Origin: Macrostomum lignano
Lineage: Eukaryota
NCBI GenBank assembly: GCA_002269645.1
Contig: NIVC01002239.1
Location: 220,325-284,324 of the forward strand
DNA length: 64,000 nt
Reading direction: 5' to 3'
In this document: piece by piece, positions 57,807-64,000 of the stretch
Layout: each line of letters begins with the position of its first letter
Numbering within the stretch: position 1 is the first letter of the stretch
Notes under the pieces: model-generated
Database searches by the model: none
What the model saw: the letters and a program-made list of their open reading frames with translations, nothing else
Told to the model about the DNA's origin: nothing
Translations under genes and position numbers: made by a program

Positions 57807-59328
57807 TCAATCCTGCTTGAGCGGCGGCTTGTCGGGCAGCTGCGGGACAGCAAGGCCGTATTGCATGGCCAGCCTCTTGAACACGGTGATGTGGAAGAAT
57901 GCCATCAGCACCTCCATGTCCTTCTCGGTGAGGTCCCTCGGGTACTCCTTGCGCTCAATGGTGGTCTTGGAGTAAATTCCGCCGACGTAGGACTTGGAGT
58001 TCTGGATGTACTGCACATTGGGAGCCAGAATGAAGGCCTGGGCAACGTTCACCACAATGACGTTGTACTTGCCGTCGCCACGGTTGGCGCAAACGACGTC
58101 GACGAACTGGACCTTGCTGGTGGAGGACCGGTCAGCGTTGAAGGCGATGTCGAAGTCGTTCCAGGTCTGGGACTCTGCCATGGAGCCGATGATGATGGCG
58201 TCCTCGACGTTCTGGAACACGTCCGCGTTGAGGTTGATGAGCCTGGGTAGAACCCTGAGGTAGGTACCCAGGAGATTGTCCATGTTGATGCCGATCGTCA
58301 CAGAGGTCTTGGCGGTCTGCTCGTAGCGGGAGAAGCCCTCGCCAGCGACCTCCTTGATGATGGTGCTGGTGCTGGTAGTCTTGAAAATGTTGATCAGCTT
58401 CGGGACGATGTCGAGACCAGCGCTGATCAGTCCGATGGCAGTCATGGGGTCAATGTAAGCCTGCTCCATGCCAGGGACTTCGATGTCCAGCATTCTGGCG
58501 AAGCGGCCAAGAGCGGCCTGGCAGAAGAAGGACTTCAGCAGCTCGACATCCTCCAGCTTCAGCTTGGCGGGAATGCGCTCAACGCGGATGTTGGCGCGCT
58601 GCACCAGACCCCAGGCGTAGCTCTTGCGCTCCTCGATCAGCACGATGTCCGGAGCCAGCTGGAAGGAGCTCTTGAAGTCGGCAATCATGAAGTCGTAGGT
58701 GTTGTGGGCCAAGTCGCGGTGGCCCAGAACGCAGACGTATTTGCAGTTGGAGCCGCTGTCCTGATCGAAGATGATATCGATGAGGCTCCAGTCGGTGTTA
58801 TCAGCGAACTTGATGATCTCCATGCTGGCCAGGAAGCCGTCGCGCTTGTCGTTCTTGATCTCCAGGTGTCAGTCAGGTAGGCGGCGAAGGCGTCGAAGCT
58901 GTCGGCGTCCACGCCCTCGATGGCCTGCATGGAGGCGGACTGGCTGTAGTGGGTGTAGCCGTTGTTGGTGACCCTCTGCAGCTCGACCGGCAGGGCGGTG
59001 CTCTTCGATTCGATCAGGTTCTTGATGCTCGGGAACCGCTCGGCCCAGGTCTTCAGCTTCGGGCCCAGTCCGCGGTGAACGGCTCGGGGTTGCGGTACAC
59101 TTCATGGTGCTTCGGCTGGAAGTCGTAGCCGTAGTAGTTGGTGGCGCTGAAGGTGTTCTCTGCGAGGTCAGAGTTGGTAGTGAATGAATGCATTTTGTAA
59201 GTTCTTGGTTGTGTTCAAAATACGTAGCAGTCTAAGACATATCTCGACGTAATGCAAATAGATTTGGAGCTGATTGACTTACCAGCGGCCGCAAAGGCAG
59301 CAAGGGAGAGCAGAATGACGAGCTTCAT
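57807..59328 (-). CDS. Secreted protein (~466 aa if two 1-nt gaps are restored) with an internally duplicated unknown domain
   Basis: Exon 1 59328-59283 encodes signal peptide MKLVILLSLAAFAAA; phase-1 GT-AG intron; exon 2 59159-57807 needs -1 frameshifts at ~59070 and ~58865. Very high GC3. Two repeats of F.LAP(D/N)....KS..(W/G)G......E..P..L...D.E.L..FF. Confidence 0.8.
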
Positions 59329-59386
59329 CGTGCAGTGTCTATCGAGGCAGGCTCGAGGCTGAAGTTTTGTGTGTAAATCTCACCAA

Positions 59387-59393
59387 TTATATA
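59387..59393 (-). promoter_or_regulatory. TATA box of the secreted-protein gene
   Basis: TATATAA on the minus strand ~30 nt upstream of an Inr-like ttcagc and ~60 nt upstream of the ATG. Confidence 0.55.
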
Positions 59394-59999
59394 GAGAAAA
59401 TTTAGACAGGTCTCGCGAGCTCCAGAAGACGCCTCGGTAATTTGTTTCTGCTGTGGGAAGCGAACACTTGCCCGATTTGGTGCTGTCAAAATTTGGACCC
59501 TCAGTAGCTAGTTGCCTTCTCGGGCGGGCAGCCTTCCGCAGCTGGTGACTAACTATACTTGACTGATTAGGTTGACTTTGAGTTCGGTTATCCCAAGCAG
59601 CCGCTAATAGTCTCACGACTTGTCAGTCCTGGAATATCGCTCTCTGTTCTTGACAAGTCTTACTAAACCTCTGTTCTTGACAAGTGACAGCATGGCTATG
59701 CATTCGTGCCTGTCAAACTCGAGCCGATAATGCCACTCGCTTGTCACTGCTTATACGATGGTTCAGACGGTTGCGAGGTATTATTTGCACTTTTTGTGCC
59801 TTTTGCGATGTTTGCGATGGACTTCTATAGAATTGCGAGCTCGTAGATGCTTTAGCGGCTTTGGCTCGTATTTTAGGTAAATTTCGCCTTTAAATTAGAG
59901 AGCTACGGCTCTCAAGCAATGCAGCAGATTTCACACCACCTAAATTTCACAACGCCTAAAAGCACTATGGAGATTTGGTCTTTCTTTGTGGTGTTCTTC

Positions 60000-60528
60000 T
60001 GCCGTGGTCGCAGCCAACTTTGCCACAGCCGCCGCCGTCACCGTCGAAGCTCCGCCAGTTGAACTGCCAGCCAGGCTGCTGTTGGTGCGCCGTCTGGCCG
60101 AGGCTCGTCGAGCTGTCGGTGTGTCGGTGGCGGGTCGGAGTGGGTCAGGATTGTGGCTCATTGACTCATGGTGGGGATTTGCTCAATTTGATTTGGAGAG
60201 GTCTGGGCTGGCAGAATGGGTCACTGGGTTAAGAATTGCCTTATGGCTAGATTGGGTCAGGAAGGGTCAGAAAGAACTGGATTGGGTCAGAAGGGTCAGC
60301 AAGAATTGGATTGGGTCAGAAGGTCAGCAAGTACTGGATTGGGTCAGGAAGGGTCAGCAAGAACTGGATTGGGTCAGGAAGGGTCAGAAAGAACTGTTTT
60401 GGGTCAGGAAGGGTCAGCAAGAACTGGATTGGGTCGGGAAGGGTCAGCAAGAACTGGATTGGGTCAGGAAGGGTCAGAAAGAACTGGATTGGATCAGGAA
60501 GAACTGGATTGGGTCAAGACTGACCAGT
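60000..60528 (-). pseudogene. Inverted duplicate of nAChR intron 5 plus the 5' part of exon 6
   Basis: Reverse complement of ~52620-52975, with 14-nt and 12-nt deletions in the exon part and an expanded 29-bp array. Confidence 0.92.
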
Positions 60529-60676
60529 GTTGTGATCTATAGCGCTCTTCCTGTTATCGGGTTATATACCATATTGAATATACTGTATAGTACAAGCGGA
60601 AAAAGTATAGCCTTTTTGCTACCCGCTGGATCAATATGTATACATGTATGTTGATGTATACATTTGCTCCTCATTA

Positions 60677-61051
60677 GGAAGTGACGTGACGCGAAAGTCA
60701 GGAGCTGATTGTTGCTTAATAACTAATGTGAATGCTTGCGATATATTTGTAGAATAGCCAAAGTAACTTGACGAGTTAAAGACGAGAGAGAATAGCTTAA
60801 ATATTGTAAATATTGAATTTCACTGATGCAGTGGCACTGTGAGTGGAGAGAGTACAAAATGGTAGAGATTAAGGGGCGAGGCAATAGCTAGCGCTATGAT
60901 GCACATGGAACAGAGTAGAGTACGCATAGAGTACACAATGATTTACTGAGTACACGCAGATCGCAAGCTGCAAACAAAGTGACTAAGCGAAGTTAAACAA
61001 ACAAACCCCCCCACAGTTACACAGCTCACAACCCAAGCAACCGTCACTTCA
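60677..61051 (-). repeat. 3' LTR (~375 bp) of the Gypsy element
   Basis: Preceded on the minus strand by polypurine tract aaggggggaga; begins TGAAGTGACG and ends CGTCACTTCC (terminal inverted repeat, 1 mismatch). Confidence 0.7.
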
Positions 61052-62400
61052 TCTCCCCCCTTCGAATCGAGCTGGTGGCAGGCCCCTTGTCGAACGAATC
61101 GGATAGCGAGGCAGCTTCACCGGCTAGGGGCCGGCGGTGCTTTCAGCCATCGGCTCCGGCCGATGCAACTCGGTTGGCTCCCCGCCCCTGCAGTCCGATA
61201 GCTTCGCCATCTTCAGCGGATGCAGTAGCGGCGTCGCCGCCACCGCCGCTCTTGGTATCTTGGCAGCTGGTCTGCGGCCTTGACAGCATCGCATCGTCGT
61301 CTGTGGCGCGGGAGGTTGCCGGATCATCGGCTCCGGCCTCGATGCGTTCACTCAGCTGGTCTGCATGCGCCAGGACGGTGCGACCGCCTTGACGGGCGAT
61401 GATGGCCGTGTTCGTCCCTTTTTGCCATAGAAACTCGGCCGGCTCGCGCTCCAGCCCTGCGCCTGGTGCGTACCAGATGTTGGCTCTAATTGGCGTCTTC
61501 ATCGTGATTGGATTGCGCAGCTGCCGTCCCATGAGCTGTGCTAGACTCTGGGTCCGACCGGCGTGTGGAATGCACCTGTAATTGAGTAGGAGTCTGAACA
61601 AGAATGAGTTGTACGGCTCCAACGCTTGGTCCCTGGCCGCCGACGCCCTCTTGATCGAGCCGACCATCCGTTCCGCAAGTCCGTTCGATTGAGGATGCCT
61701 TGGAGGAGTTTTGAGGGCTCGACAGCCGATTCGCTCAAGCCAGGACAGCAGTCCGGCGTCGTGATACTCAGCGGCATTATCACTAACTAGGACGTGCGGG
61801 ACACCGTTTCTAGCGAACACTGACTGAAGAGCGGCCTTAACAGTCGCAGCATCGCGGTTTGGCACTCTCAGGACCTCAGGCCATCCTGACATAGCATCGA
61901 CTAGAATGAGCACCAGTCCAACCTTCGGGATTGTGGCGTGGTCCATATGCACGCGATGCCACGGCTCGTCTTCCTTTGGCCACTGATGTACCGTAGGTGT
62001 GCCAGAGGGCCGAATTCGCGTGCAGGTGGGGCAGTTGCGTACGTGCCGCTCCACGTCCGTGCAATATCCTGGCCACCAGGCCGAGTTGCGGATGAGTGCG
62101 CGAGTTGCCATGGCTCCCTGATGCGATTCATTGTGGACCTGATCCAGGACGCGCTGCCTGAGTGTCGCAGGAATCACCGGTCGATCACCGTAGCAGAGAA
62201 TGCCGTCGTCTATCACTAAGGCATGGCGAACTGATTTTTACAGCCTCTCAGCTGGGGAGCATCCTGACCATCTGCTTGATGCGACTCGCTCAGCAATATC
62301 TTGGAGTAGACGATCGCGCTGGGTCTCCGCTTGCAGCTCCTCCCATGGAATCACCGGGCTGCCAGCCCAATGAACCAGAACCAACTTTTCTGTGCCCGCG
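60677..62400 (-). mobile_element. Ty3/Gypsy LTR retrotransposon 3' fragment (integrase, PPT, LTR)
   Basis: ORF 61143-62216: HHCC (HNESHQG...CPTC) and DDE (HMDHA, SDNAAEY, NGLAERMV). Upstream linker has an in-frame TAA; no RT or RNase H seen. Confidence 0.93.
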
Positions 62401-62831
62401 ATGCCGCGGAAAACCCTGAACTTGCCTGATCGTTAATTTTCTGGTAGTCCATAGGTTCACAAGGACAAATTGTTTCATGTCTTAACTGGGTGAAGAGGTA
62501 GCTCTGGGGTGGTTCTTAGATTTTACGATGCCATGTAATTGTCCAGAGGATTGACGACTACAATTTACTTGTAAATGTAATTTATCCCCCACTTGGGCCT
62601 GGTCTTGTAGTCTGGTGAAACCAATAAACCAATAAACCAATTGGTGAAACCAATAAAAACAACTCAAAATTTATTTGGCCCGGCCAAATAAATGGCAGAA
62701 CCAATTAAAACTATTTAAAGTTTATTTGGCCGAAAAACAAAAAACGTTTCATAAAAAACAAAAAGCAACAAGTAGCAGCCCAGTCATTCGCCGGGAAAGA
62801 GTCGAATAATATTTTCTACTTAGGTTAAAAT

Positions 62832-64000
62832 CTAGTCAAACTGAATTCGAATTTTGTTTGTCTCACCACAAATCTCCACTCGCATTTTTTTCCCTGGTTG
62901 CCCAACGCACAGAGGGTCAGATGGAGGCACTGCGTTAACCGACTCACCAGGCTTAGCTGGCACAGCTGATCTGGCAAATCCGAGGACGTCTCTAGCAACC
63001 TTCTCGTGCCCAACAGAAACTCCAATGTAACGCTCAACGGCTGAGCTGCTGTGGCCGGTAACTCGACAGATGTCAGCGTGTTCTACCCCTGCCTCATGCA
63101 GCCGGGTCGCGCACGTCTTCCTTAAGCTTTGGTTAGTGTAACGCAGCGTGTCGTCCGGTGCTACTTGACCCAGGAGCCCTTGACTGTATTTGCTAGAGTA
63201 TGACGTCCGATCGGTCCTTTCGTGTACCATTCAGTTCCCGAATTCGGCTTCCAGTTTCTGTTCACTGCAAGAAACAGCGCCTTTGAGCAGCCACTTGGAC
63301 GATGACTTACGTACTCCTTGTACGTGCAGACAACACATCTTTCATGGCTAGCTGAGTGAAAACCGCGAACGACCTTTGCCTCCGCACGCAGACTCTTCAG
63401 ACCACCCTGGTTCGTCTTTGAAATTCGATTGTCCTTGAATTCGAGACACTCGTCGCCGTCTGCCATGCCGATAGTAATCTGTCGATCGAACTCTAGGTCT
63501 CTCAGTTCACTTCCCCCACGCAAGGCGAAATGCAGACCAATAAGCCAAATGACTGAGTCGCTGAGTTTCTTAGGTGTAGATAATCCGAGAATGCCTTCGT
63601 CCCAAAGCTTGTCCTCGCTTGTACTAGCAATTACCGCAGACCTGTTCAAACCTGCGCCTTTGCCAGCTCTTGTAGATTCCTTCATAGCAACCTCCAGCGC
63701 TTTCCTACTCTCCATGAACTCCTTATCTTTCCAAAGACTCCAGTCTCGCTTTAGTACAGCTTGCAGATGGAATTGGATCATGGACACGAAATCCTTCAGT
63801 GTAGAAGCACAGTACCTCTCACCGTCTTTATTCCTCACCTCAAGAATAAAAAACTTCAATAAATAATTCAGGTCCGACCTTGACATCTCCGGGAGCTCTT
63901 TCAAGACCATCAGAGATTGCCCTCCGCCTTCTGCCAAGCTATCTTCTTCATGTTGTGCCACTCCTGAAACGTTTCACCATCCATGCAGCTTTTTTCTTCG
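62832..64000 (-). mobile_element. Crypton-A / DUF3504-type tyrosine recombinase, running off the window edge
   Basis: FILEVRNKDGERYCASTL, EDKLW..GILG, LRGGSELR, SKTNQGG, WY...PIG, then after a -1 frameshift near 63180 YTNQSLRKTCAT...TGHSS..V..Y. Confidence 0.85.

Noticed and set aside
57807-63961. Programmed frameshifting in the secreted gene and the Crypton
   Set aside because: No slippery heptamers; single-base losses at short C/G runs recur across the window (also ~43085, and 32-bp units in the 33-bp array), typical of long-read consensus error or decay. Needs read checking.

Overview
Eukaryotic (metazoan) genomic DNA with GC-rich spliced exons, short introns, very many minisatellites and transposon debris. 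The style suggests a free-living flatworm such as Macrostomum, which is inference only. Hand-built GT/GC-AG gene models with consistent phases, in order: intronless divergent alpha-tubulin (-); head-to-head 5-exon acidic protein with a possible degenerate KH fold (+); divergent DEG/ENaC subunit with an apparent frameshift and stop (+); coiled-coil/NHL-like propeller protein (-); 12-exon, ~1309-aa NRPS-like A-T-R-SDR enzyme resembling fungal ATRR glycine betaine reductase (-); strawberry notch (SBNO) helicase-like gene ending in PIP-box-like motifs and a UBZ-type finger (+); nicotinic acetylcholine receptor alpha subunit with a GC-AG intron (+); secreted protein with an internally duplicated unknown domain (-). 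Mobile DNA: decayed hAT, ~6-kb MULE with TIRs and nested fragments, hAT and Harbinger-like MITEs, a 5'-truncated RNase H LINE with a 17-bp TSD, two tRNA-derived SINE families, a Gypsy 3' end with LTR, and a Crypton/DUF3504 tyrosine recombinase at the right edge. All 7 SBNO introns and 6 of 7 nAChR introns carry their own unrelated minisatellite. Most long repetitive ORFs in the supplied track are artefacts of these arrays. All family assignments come from motif recognition by eye; no searches were run.
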